A stretch of DNA of 64,000 nucleotides, from NCBI GenBank assembly GCA_030390025.1, contig CM059438.1, positions 53,198,001 through 53,262,000 of the forward strand. Reading direction: 5' to 3'. The position numbers and the translations under genes were made by a program. This stretch comes from Squalus acanthias. Lineage: Eukaryota. The notes under the pieces are model-generated. The model saw only the letters and a list, made by a program, of their open reading frames with translations, had not been told where the DNA came from and did no database searches. This document shows positions 37,003 to 48,099 of this stretch, in pieces. Positions within the stretch are counted from its first letter, which is position 1. The number at the start of each line of letters is the position of its first letter.

Positions 37003-40000
37003 CACTGCACTCCCTCTCCGACAGTGCGGCGCTCCCTCAGTACTGCCCCTCTGACAGTGCAGCGCTCCCTCAGTACTGCCCCTCCGACAGTGCAGCGCTC
37101 CCTCAGTACTGCCCCTCCGACAGAGCGGCGCTCCCTCAGTACTGCCCCTCCGACAGTGCAGCACTCCCTCAGTACTGCCCCTCCGACAGTGTGGCGCTCC
37201 CTCAGCACTGCCCCTCTGACAGTGCGGCGCTCCCTCAGTACTGCCCCTCCGACAGTGCAGCAATCCCTCAGTACTGCCCCTCCGACAGTGCAGCAATCCC
37301 TCAGTAATGCCCCTCCGACAGTGCAGCAATCCCTCAGTACTCTCCCTCCGACAGTGCAGCACTCCCTCAGTACTGCCCCTCCGACAGTGCAGCAATCCCT
37401 CAGTACTCTCCCTCCGACAGTGCAGCACTCCCTCAGTACTGACCCTCCGAAAGTGCAGCTCTCCCTCAGTACTGCCCCTCCGACAGTGCAGCACTCCCTC
37501 AGTACTGCCCCTCCAAGAGTGCAGCGCTCCCTCAGTACTGACCCTCCGACAGTGCAGCGCTCACTCAGGACCACCCCTCCGACAGTGCAGCGCTCCCTCA
37601 TTACTGACCCTCCGACAGTGCGGCGCTCCCTCAGGACTGCCCCTCCGACAGTGCAGCGCTCCCTCAGTACTGACCCTCCGACAGTGCGGCGCTCCCTCAG
37701 TACTGCCCCTCCGACAGTGCAGCACTCCCTCAGTACTGACCCTCCGACAGTGCAGCGCTCCCTCAGTACTGCCCCTCCGACAGTGCAGCACTCCCTCAGT
37801 ACTGCCCCTCCGACAGTGCGGCGCTCCCTCAGTACTGACCCTCCGACAGTGCAGCGCTCCCTCAGTACTGACCGTCCGACAGTGCAGCGCTCCCTCAGTA
37901 CTGACCCTCCGACAGCGCGGCGCTCCCTCAGTACTGCCCCTCCGACAGTGCAGCAATCCCTCAGTACTCTCCCTCCGACAGTGCAGCACTCCCTCAGTAC
38001 TGACCCTCCGACAGTGCAGCTCTCCCTCAGTACTGCCCCTCTGACAGTGCAGCACTCCCTCAGTACTGCCCCTCCAAGAGTGCAGCGCTCCCTCAGTATT
38101 GACCCTCCGACAGTGCAGCGCTCCCTCAGGACCACCCCTCTGACAGCGCGACGCTCCCTCAGTACTGCCCCTCCGACAGTGCGGCGCTCCCTCAGTACTG
38201 ACCCTCCGACAGTGCAGCCCTCCCTCAGTACTGACCGTCCGACAGTGCAGCGCTCCCTCAGTACTGACCCTCCGACAGCGCGGCGCTCCCTCAGTACTGC
38301 CCCTCCGACAGTGCAGCAATCCCTCAGTACTCTCCCTCCGACAGTGCAGCACTCCCTCAGTACTGACCCTCCGACAGTGCAGCTCTCCCTCAGTACTGCC
38401 CCTCCGACAGTGCAGCACTCCCTCAGTACTGCCCCTCCAAGAGTGCAGCGCTCCCTCAGTATTGATCCTCCGACAGTGCAGCGCGCACTCAGGACCACCC
38501 CTCCGACAGTGCAGCGCTCCCTCAGTACTGACCCTCCGACAGTGCAGCGCTCCCTCAGGACTGCCCCTCCGATAGTGCGGCGCTCCCTCAGTACTGACCC
38601 TCCGACAGTGCGGCGCTCCCTCAGTACTGCCCCTCTGACAGTGCAGCACTCCCTCAGTACTGACCCTCCGACAGTGCAGCGCTCCCTCAGTACTGACCCT
38701 CCGACAGCGCGGCGCTCCCTCAGTACTGCCCCTCCGACAGTGCGGCGCTCCCTCAGTACTGACCCTCCGATAGTGCAGCGCTCCCTCAGTACTGACCCTC
38801 CGACAGTGCAGCGCTCCCTCAGTACTGACCCTCCGACAGTGCAGAGCTCCCTCAGTACTGACCGTCCGACAGTGCAGCGCTCCCTCAGTACTGACCCTCC
38901 AACAGCGCGGCGCTCCCTCAGTACTGCCCCTCCGACAGTGCAGCAATCCCTCAGTACTCTCCCTCCGACAGTGCAGCAGTCCCTCAGTACTGACCCTCCG
39001 ACAGTGCAGCTCTCCTTCAGTACTGCCCCTCCGACAGTGCAGCACTCCCTCAGTACTGCCCCTCCAAGAGTGCAGCGCTCCCTCAGTATTGACCCTCCGA
39101 CAGTGTAGCGCTCACTCAGGACCACCCCTCCGACAGTGCAGCGCTCCCTCAGTACTGACCCTCCGACAGTGCAACGCTCCCTCAGTACTGACCCTCCGAC
39201 AGCGCAGCGCTCCCTCAGTACTGCCCCTCCGACAGTGCGGCGCTCCCTCAGTACTGACCCTCCGACAGTGCAGCGCTCCCTCAGTACTGACCCTCCGACA
39301 GTGCAGCGCTCCTTCAGTACTGCCCCTCCGACAGTGCAGCAATCCCTCAGTACTCTCCCTCCGACAGTGCAGCACTCCCTCAGTACTGCCCCTCTGACAG
39401 TGCAGCTCTCTCTCAGTACTGCCCCTCCGACAGTGCGGCACTCCCTCAGTACTGACCCTCCGACAGTGCAGCACTCCCTCAGTACTGCCCCTCCGACAGT
39501 GCAGCACTCCCTCAGTACTGCCCCTCCGACAGTGCGGCGCTCCCTCAGTACTGACCCTCCGACAGTGCAGCACTCCCTCAGTACTGACCCTCCGACAGTT
39601 CAGCACTCTCTCAGTACTGCCCCTCCGACAGTGTGGCGCTCCCTCAGTACTGACCCTCCGACAGTGCAGCATTCCCTCAGTACTGCCCCTCCGACATCGC
39701 AGCACTCCTTCAGTACTGTCCCTCCGACAGTGCAGCGCTCCCTCAGTACTGACCCTCCGACAGTGCAGCGCTCACTCAGGACCGCCCCTCCGACAGTGCA
39801 GCGCTCCCTCAGTACTGCCCCTCCGACAGTGCAGCACTCCCTCAGGACCGCTCCTCCGACAGTGCAGCGCTCCCTCAGTACTGACCCTCCGGCAGTGCAG
39901 CGCTCCCTCAGGACTGCCCCTCCGACAGTGCAGTGGTCCCTCAGTACGGCCCCTCCGACAGTGCAACACTCCTTCAGTACTGACCCTCCGACGGTGCAGC

Positions 40001-40344
40001 GCTCCCTCAGTACTGACCCTCCGACAGCACAGCGCTCCCTCAGTACTGCCCCTCCGACAGTGCGGCGCTCCCTCAGTACTGACCCTCCGACAGTGCAGCG
40101 CTCCCTCAGTACTGACCCTCCGACAGTGCAGCGCTCCCTCAGTACTGCCCCTCCGACAGTGCAGCGCTCCCTCAGTACTGACCCTCCGACAGTGCAGCGC
40201 TCCCTCAGTACTGCCCCTCCGACAGTGCAGCGCTCCCTCAGTACTGCCCTTCCGACAGTGCGGCGCTCCCTCAGTACTGCTCCTCCGACAGTGCAGCTCT
40301 CCCTCAGTACTGACCCTCCGACAGTGCAGCGCTCCCTCAGTACT
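37003..40344. repeat. 33-bp satellite, about 100 copies
   Basis: Unit CCCTCCGACAGTGCAGCGCTCCCTCAGTACTG(A/C). The 11-aa periodicity of the spurious ORFs confirms the unit length. Confidence 0.97.
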
Positions 40345-40967
40345 GGATTTTGTGCTCTGGATGGAGAATTCAACCTGACAGTTGAAGAAAAGTTATTTCA
40401 TTTAAGGGCCTGAGATAGTTAGGATGATGTTCAGCTCAGGGGTATCTGTGGACCAGGGTTCCAAGACCAATAAGAGGCTACCACAATCACCTTTACCCCA
40501 TCTTGCTGAATTTTCTCAAGGACCCTGGGGAAACCCAGAGGAAACGGAGGAAATGCTGAAACGCATTTCTCCAAAAACCATCCAGTTTCAAGTTAACTGA
40601 TCGGGGTAATCGATGATTGTGCAAGAAGGCAAAGAGATTTATCTTTGTGTAACCCCAGGTCTCAAAAGATGTCCTAGATCATCTTGGAATGGATCTAGCA
40701 CTCATATGGGTGGGCCATCTACCAGCTGAGGGCATCTTCATTCGTGGTTGTTTACCCTGGCTAAATGTTGTGCTGAGAACGTCACTGCAGGCTTCCGGCT
40801 CCAATGGGAGATTGAGTTGCATTCAGATGGAGGGTTTGAGAGTTCTCCTGCTTGCTCCTTAACATACGCTGCAGTGTTGTCAGTCCAGGGGTGTAGAGCC
40901 TTGCCCCACACCTAATTTCATAAATGTTGTAAAGCAGTTGTCCAAGATGTTAGCCACTAACCACATA

Positions 40968-41417
40968 TGGTTAATTGGGAGTCCAGATGTGATTAATTGG
41001 GAGTCCAGATGTGGCTAATTGGGAGTCCAGATGTAGCTAATTAGGAGTCCAGATGTGTTTAATTAGGAGTCCAGATGTGGTTAATTGGGAGTCCAGATGT
41101 GGCTAATTGGGAGTCCAGATGTGGTTAATTAGGAGTCCAGATGTGGTTAATTGGGAGTCCAGATGTGGCTAATTGGGAGTCCATATGTGGCTAATTGGGA
41201 GTCCAGATGTGGTTAATTAGGAGTCCAGATGTGGTTAATTGGGAGTCCAGATGTGGCTAATTGGGAGTCCAGATGTGGCTAATTGGGAGTCCAGATGTGG
41301 TTCATTGGGAGTCCAGATGTGGCTAATTGGGAGTCCAGATGTGGTTAATTGGGAGTCCAGATTTGGCTAATTGGGAGTCCAGATGTGGCTAATTGGGAGT
41401 CCAGATGTGGCTAATTG
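40968..41417. repeat. 22-bp minisatellite, about 20 copies
   Basis: Unit AATTGGGAGTCCAGATGTGG(C/T)T. Confidence 0.95.
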
Positions 41418-41894
41418 CATTTCTGATTAGTAAATAAAAAAGATAATGTCCTTGGTCATGTGATCTCAGTACTCATATTTGCACCGTGTATGAATGTGAA
41501 CTTTAACCTTTCTGTGTATGTGTGGGTAAAATGGGAAGACAAAAAGCAAAGTGTGCGAAGGTTCTTCGATCATTTTCAGTGTGTTACTTCCTTTGTTACT
41601 GAATAGTTTATTAAGTAAATAAACACATGTGTAGTATATTTACCATTGCGTGAGTGTATTAAAGAATTTTCGACTAAAATAGTGCATGGGGTTAAAGGGT
41701 TTTATTGTAGCAACACCTGTGGCTAGTCAGCAATTTCTATTGAACAGCATGGTTGGAAAGCCAGCCACACTGTGTGCAATTTAAGTGGATTTCAATGCCA
41801 GGATAATTCACTGGATCCACACACCTGGAAGATGGGTAATTCAGCCCAACACAGCCCTGCATGCAATTCTAGACAGTCCATTATCAGAAGGATA

Positions 41895-44540
41895 TTAGGG
41901 GAATTAGATTGGGTACAGTGTGTGTGAGAGGCAGTGGCGTTGGATGGGGTACAGTGTGTGTGAGAGGGTGGGGAGTTGGATGGGGTACAGTGTGTGTGAG
42001 GGTGGGGATTTGGATGGGGTACAGTGTGTGTGAGAGGGTGGGGAGTTGGATGGGGTACAGTGTATGTGAGAGGGTGGGGAGTTGGATGGGGTACAGTGTG
42101 TGTGAAAGGATGGGGAGTTGGATGGGGTACAGTGTGTGTGAAAGGATGGGGAGTTGGATGGGGTACAGTGCGTGTGAGGGTGGGGAGTTGGATGGGGTAC
42201 AGTGTGTGTGTGAGAGGGTGGGGAGTTGGATGGGGTACAGTGTGTGTGAAAGGGTGGGGAGTTGGATGGGGTACAGTGTGTGAGAGGGTGGGGAGTTGGA
42301 TGGGGTACAGTGTGTGTGAGAGGGTGGGGAGTTGGATGGGCTACAGTGTGTGTGTGAAAGGGTGGGGAGTTGGATGGGGTACAGTGTGCGTGAGGGTGGG
42401 GAGTTGGATGGGGTACAGTGTGTGTGAAAGGGTGGGGAGTTGGATGGGGTACAGTGTGTGTGTGAAAGGGTGGGGAGCTGGATGGGGTACAGTGTGTGTG
42501 AAAGGGTGGGGAGTTGGATGGGGTACAGTGTGTGTGAAAGGATGGGGAGTTGGATGGGGTACAGTGTTAGTGAAAGGGTGGGGAGTTGGATGGGGTACAG
42601 TGTGTGTAAGGGTGGGGAGTTGGATGGGGTACTGTGTGTGTAAGGGTGGGGAGTTGGATGGGTTAGAATGTGTGTAAGGGTGGGGAGTTGGATGGGGTAC
42701 AGTGTGTGTAAGGGTGGGGAGTTGGATGGGGTACAGTGTCTGTAAAGGTGGGGAGTTGGATGGGTTACAGTGTGTGTGAGGGTGGGGAGTTGGATGGGGT
42801 ACAGTGTGTGTGTGAGGGTGGGGAGTTGGAAGGGGTACAGTGTGTGTGAGGGTGGGGAGTTGGATGGGGTACAGTGTGTGTGTGAGGGTGGGGAGTTGGA
42901 AGGGGTACAGTGTGTGTGAGGGTGGGGAGTTGGATGGGGTACAGTGTGTGTGAGGGTGGGGAGTTGGATGGGGTACAGTGTGTGTGTGAGGGTGGGGAGT
43001 TGGAAGGGGTACAGTGTGTGTGTAAGGATGGGGAGTTGGATGGGGTACAGTGTGTGTGTGAGGGTGGGGAGTTGGAAGGGGTACAGTGTGTATGAGGGTG
43101 GGAAGTTGGATGGGGTACAGTGTGTGTGAGGGTGGGGAGTTGGATGGGGTACAGTGTGTGTGTAAGGATGGGGAGTTGGATGGGGTACAGTGTGTGTGTG
43201 AGAGGGTGGGGAGTTGGATGGGGTACAGTGTGTGTAAGGGTGGGGAGTTGGATGGGTTACAGTGTGTGTGAGGGTGGGGAGTTGGATGGGGTACAGTGTG
43301 TGTGAGGATGGGGAGTTGGATGGGGTACAGTATGTGTAAGGTTGGGGAGTTGGATGGGGTACTGTGTGTGTAAGGATGGGGAGTTGGATGGGGTACAGTG
43401 TGTGTGTGAAAGGGTGGGCAGTTGGATGGGGTACAGTGTGTGTGAGGGTGGGGAGGTGGATGGGGTACAGTGTGTGTGAGGGTGGGGAGTTGGATGGGGT
43501 ACAGTATGTGTAAGGTTGGGGAGTTGGATGGGGTACTGTGTGTGTAAGGATGGGGAGTTGGATGGGGTACAGTGTGTGTGTGAAAGGGTGGGCAGTTGGA
43601 TGGGGTACAGTGTGTGTAAGGGTGGGGAGTTGGATGGGTTACAGTGTGTGTGAGGGTGGGGAGTTGGATGGGGTACAGTGTGTGTGAGGATGGGGAGTTG
43701 GATGGGGTACAGTATGTGTAAGGTTGGGGAGTTGGATGGGGTACTGTGTGTGTAAGGATGGGGAGTTGGATGGGGTACAGTGTGTGTGTGAAAGGGTGGG
43801 CAGTTGGATGGGGTACAGTGTGTGTGAAAGGGTGGGGAGTTGGAAGGGGTACAGTGTGTGTGAGAGGGTGGGGAGTTGGATGGGGTACAGTGTGTGTGAG
43901 AGGGTGGGGAGTTGGATGGGGTACAGTGTGTGTGTGAAAGGATGGGTAGTTGGATCGGGTACAGTGTGTGTGAAAGGGTGAGGAGTTGGATCAGGTACAG
44001 TGTGTGTGTGAATTGGGTCTGGAGGTGTTTGAGTGGGGGAGTTGGATGGGGTACAGTGTGTGTGTGTGAATTGGGTCTGGAGGGGGTTGAGTGGGGGGAG
44101 TTGGATGGGGTACAGTGCCTGTGTGAATTGGGTCTGGAGGGGGTTGAGTAGGGCGAGTTGAATGGGGTTCAGTGTGTGTGAATTGGGTCTGGAGGGGGTT
44201 GAGTGGGGGGAGTTGGATGGGGTACAGTTTGTGTGAATTGGGTCTGGAGGGGGTTGAGTGGGGGGAGTTGGATGGGGTACAGTGTGTGTGTGAAAGGATG
44301 GGTAGTTGGATCGGGTACAGCGTGTGTGTGAATTGGGTCTGGAGGGGGTAGAGTGGGGGGAGTTGGATGGGGTACAGTTTGTGTGAAATGGGTCTGGAGG
44401 GGGTTGAGTGGGGGGAGTTGGATGGGGTACAGTGTGTGTGAATTGGGTCTGGAGGGGGTTGAGTGGGGGGAGTTGGATGGGGTACAGTGTGTGTGAATTG
44501 GGTCTGGAGGGGGTTGAGTGGGGGGAGTTGGATGTGCTAC
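41895..44540. repeat. G-rich ~33-38-bp minisatellite with variable (TG)n and a longer variant after ~44000
   Basis: Unit GGGTGGGGAGTTGGATGGGGTACAG(TG)nAGA. Later units add GAATTGGGTCTGGAGGGGGTTGAGT. Confidence 0.95.
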
Positions 44541-44740
44541 AATGAGTGAGGAGTTAACTTTTTGAGAATCTGATTTCCTGATTAGTCTGGTGTAAATGTC
44601 GCATTATTTTTCTATTTTCTCTCGATTAAAAGTCTGTTCATGTTGAAGCATAGCATTGATCAATATGAGGCAATGTGTATGAAGCAGTGAAGAAACGTAA
44701 GGCAGGGATCTGTTCATGCTGAAGCAATAGACACAGCCTT

Positions 44741-45265
44741 CACATAGGAACATAAGAATTAGGAGCAGGAGTCGGCCATACGGCCCTTCGAGCCTGCTCC
44801 GCCATTCAATAAGATCATGGCTGATCATCGACCTCAACTCCACTTTCCCGCCCGATCTCCATATCCCTTGATTCCCCTAGAGTCCCCTATCTCTGCCTTG
44901 AATATACTCAAAGACTCAGCATTCACAGCCCTCTGGGACAGAGAATTCCAAAGATTCACAACCCTCTGAGTGAAGAAATTCCTCCTCATCTCTGTCTTAA
45001 ATGGCCGACCCCTTATGCCCCCTAGTTCTAGACACTCTAGCCAGGGGAAACAACCTCTCAGCATCTACCCTGTCAATCCCCCTCAGAATCTTGTATGTTT
45101 CAATGAGATCACCCCTCATTCTTCGAAACTCCAGCGAGTATCGGCCTATTCTACTCAATCTCTCATCATAGGACAGCCCTCTCATCCCAGGAATCAATCT
45201 AGTGAACCTTCGTTGCACCGCCTCCAAGGCAAGTATATCCTTCCTTTGATAAGGAGACCAAAAAA
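44741..45265 (-). mobile_element. CR1 3' fragment
   Basis: ORFs 44997-45227 (RRMRGDLIETYK) and 44834-45064, with the 3' tail. Confidence 0.9.
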
Positions 45266-45279
45266 GTCTTGTTAGAATG

Positions 45280-46395
45280 TCATAAGAACATAATAGAACA
45301 TAAGAAATAGGAGCAGGAGCAGGCCATTCGTCCCCTCAAGCCTGCTCCGCCATTCAATGAGATCATGGCTGATCTTCTGCCTCTACTCCATTCACCGGCC
45401 CTATCGCCATATCCCTTGATGCCCTTACTAGTCAGAAATCTATCGACTTCTGTTTTGAATATATCGAATGACTGAGCCTCCACAACCCTCTAGGGTAGAG
45501 AATTCCAAAGATTCACCACCCTCTGTGTGAAGAAATTTCTTCTCATCTCAGTCCTGAATGGCCTACCTTTTATCCTGAGGCTGTGGCCCCTGGTTCTAGA
45601 CTCCCCAGCCAAGGGAAACATTCTCCCAGCATCCACCCTATCAAGCCCTGTAATAATTTTGTATGCTTCAATGAGATCCCCTCTCATTCTTCTGAATTCA
45701 AGAGAATACAGGCCTAGTTTACTCAATCTCTTCTCATACGACAGTCCCGCCATCCCAGGAATCAATCTCATGAACCTTCGTTGCACTCCCTCCATGGCAA
45801 GTATATCCTTCCTTAGGTAAAGAGACCAAAATTGTACACAGTACTCCAGGTGTGGTCTCACCAAGGCCCTATATAATTGGAGTAAGACTTCTTTACTCCT
45901 GTACTCAAATCCTCTTGTAATGAAGGCCAGCATACCATTTGCCTTCCTAATGGCTTGCTGCACCTGCACATTCACTTTCAGTGACTCATGTACAAGGACA
46001 CTCAGGTCCCTTTGAGCATCTGCATTCCCCAATCTTTCACCATTTAGGAAATACTCTGTCATTCTGTTTTTTTTACCAAAGTGGATAACTTCACATTTAT
46101 CCACATTATATTCCATCTGCCATGTTCTCGCCCACTCACTGAGCCTGTCGAGATCCCCTTGAAGCCTCTTCACAACCTCTTCACAACTGACACTGCCACC
46201 TAGCTTTGTATCATCAGCAAATTTGGAAATGTTACATTTAGTCCCCTCATCCAAATCATTGATATAGATTGTGAATAGCTGGAGCCCAAGCATCGATCCT
46301 TGCGGTACCCCACTAGTCACTGCCTGCCATCCTGAAAAAGACCCATTTATCTCTACTCTTGTTTTCTGTCTGTTAATCAATTCTCAATTCATGAA
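45280..46395 (-). mobile_element. CR1 RT C-terminal fragment with 3' tail
   Basis: ORF 45490-46380 ([13 protein letters not shown]). Confidence 0.92.
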
Positions 46396-46439
46396 ATGTC
46401 CTTAAAGGGAGTGGAGGTCTGGTGTCTATCTCATCTGAA

Positions 46440-47330
46440 TAGATTCCCTTTTTGTGGCTCCCACATTTCTTACACTGGTTATCACAACTAGAAGCTTCTA
46501 CGCTGTCACTTCCTCCCAAGCCACGGCCGGTGACCTCTGCCACGTCAGGCGGTCTGCAATGGACACTCTTACCGGGGAAGTGACGCCCAGTATGATTGCA
46601 AGGAGCAACAAATTATCCTGTGGGAAGGAGGCATCAGATGGACAGGACGAAAGCTTTCACCAGATGGCAGTGTTCCCTCACGTGCAATGTGTAGAAGGTA
46701 CCTGTGGAAGCCTCAGAGCTCCTTATAGGAATTCCACGCCCTTTATGAAGTGAAGGGGTTAGCACTCAATCACTGTTCAGGGGTTAGCACTCAATCACTG
46801 TTCAGGGGTTAGCTCTCAATCACTGTTCAGGGGTTAGCACTCAATCACTGTTCAGGGGTTAGCACTCAATCACTGTTCAGGGGTTAGCACTCAATCACTG
46901 TTCAGGGGTTAGCACTCAATCACTGTTCAGGGGTTAGCACTCAATCACTGTTCAGGGGCTAGCACTCAATCACTGTTCAGGGGCTAGCACTCAATCACTG
47001 TTCAGGGGTTAGCACTCAATCACTGTTCAGGGGTTAGCTCTCAATCACTGTTCAGGGGTTAGCACTCAATCACTGTTCAGGGGTTAGCACTCAATCACTG
47101 TTCAGGGGTTAGCACTTAATCACTGTTCAGGGAGTATTTGACCACAGAAGCATAATTCTACACTTCAATAGCCTTTATCCTGGAAGCAGCCATGATGCCC
47201 TCATTGTGCAGCTTATATGGAGGAGGCAAAGCACTGGCTGGACGGCTCTTAGGAGACCAGGACCATCCTCTAAATCAATGGCCACTGATCCCACTGAAAC
47301 CCCCAGGAACAGAGGAGCCCCTCGGCCTGG
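46440..47330 (+). pseudogene. Highly decayed Harbinger transposase fossil
   Basis: SFYAVTSSQATAGDLCHV resembles NFYATGSFQAAAGDLANI; YPGSSHDA is present; GRLLGDQDHPL resembles [11 protein letters not shown]. Confidence 0.75.
46754..47128. repeat. 25-bp tandem repeat, 15 copies
   Basis: Unit AGGGGTTAGCACTCAATCACTGTTC; 375 bp in total. Confidence 0.97.
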
Positions 47331-47784
47331 GCTCTCAGCACCTTCTACTGTTCCTCCCTGGGCAAACAAGCATAATGCAATTCATTGTGGCTGCCTTCTC
47401 ACACTATAGGCCTTGAGAGGGCAGAAACTATTGCACAGATATTCAACAGGATAAAGAATTTTATTTGTGAATTCTTTTACTTTTATGTGCTTTTTGTGAT
47501 AAAAATATTATTTTTTTAAGTATATGCAATCAGGAAACGATATGGCTGCCAAAAGTAATTCAGCACAAACAGAACCTTTGAGATGTGATGCTATAGACAG
47601 ATGTTAAATAGAAGACTTGTTTTTATGTAGAAAGGTCAGATCTACTCTTCCCTCCCAGTATCTACAGACCACCAAAGACTTTGGCCAGCTATCAGATTGC
47701 AAGTTCAGTTACAGCAAATCCAAGGACATAACCCTGGGCCGAGTCAGCGCCAAGCCAATATAAGAGGTCTACTTATTATAGACT

Positions 47785-48000
47785 TGTTCTCAGGATGTGG
47801 GCGAGGTCGGCATTTCCTGGCCATTCCTAGTTACCCTGAGAAGGCAGTGGTGGTGGAACCTCCTCCTTGAAGCATCCGAGTTGCTACTGGGTGTCCTGTT
47901 CAACCAGGAGATAGGGCAAAATGTGGGACTGGAGTCACATGTAGGCCAGACAGCGTATAGATAGCCGGTACCTACTGTGAAGGACATTAGTGACCCGGAC
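47785..48000 (-). mobile_element. Old SINE remnant (core plus LINE-like tail)
   Basis: Minus strand GGTCACTAATGTCCTT...TCTGGCCTACATGTGACTCCAGTCC matches 60631-60704. Its tail resembles 30240-30315. Confidence 0.7.
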
Positions 48001-48099
48001 GTTATACACACAAACTCATCAACTCCCAAAAAGGATGACTCTTTTCCCTGCTAGGGGAAGTAAGGGTTATCAAGACATAGGAGAGCAGCACAGAAAATC

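Noticed and set aside
36970..40413. ORFs of 400-700 aa on both strands
   Set aside because: Artefacts of a 33-bp stop-poor satellite; 11-aa periodic with no domain.
46754..47128. Telomere-like GGGTTAG in the 25-bp unit
   Set aside because: One occurrence per unit, explained by the transposase codons; not a (TTAGGG)n tract.
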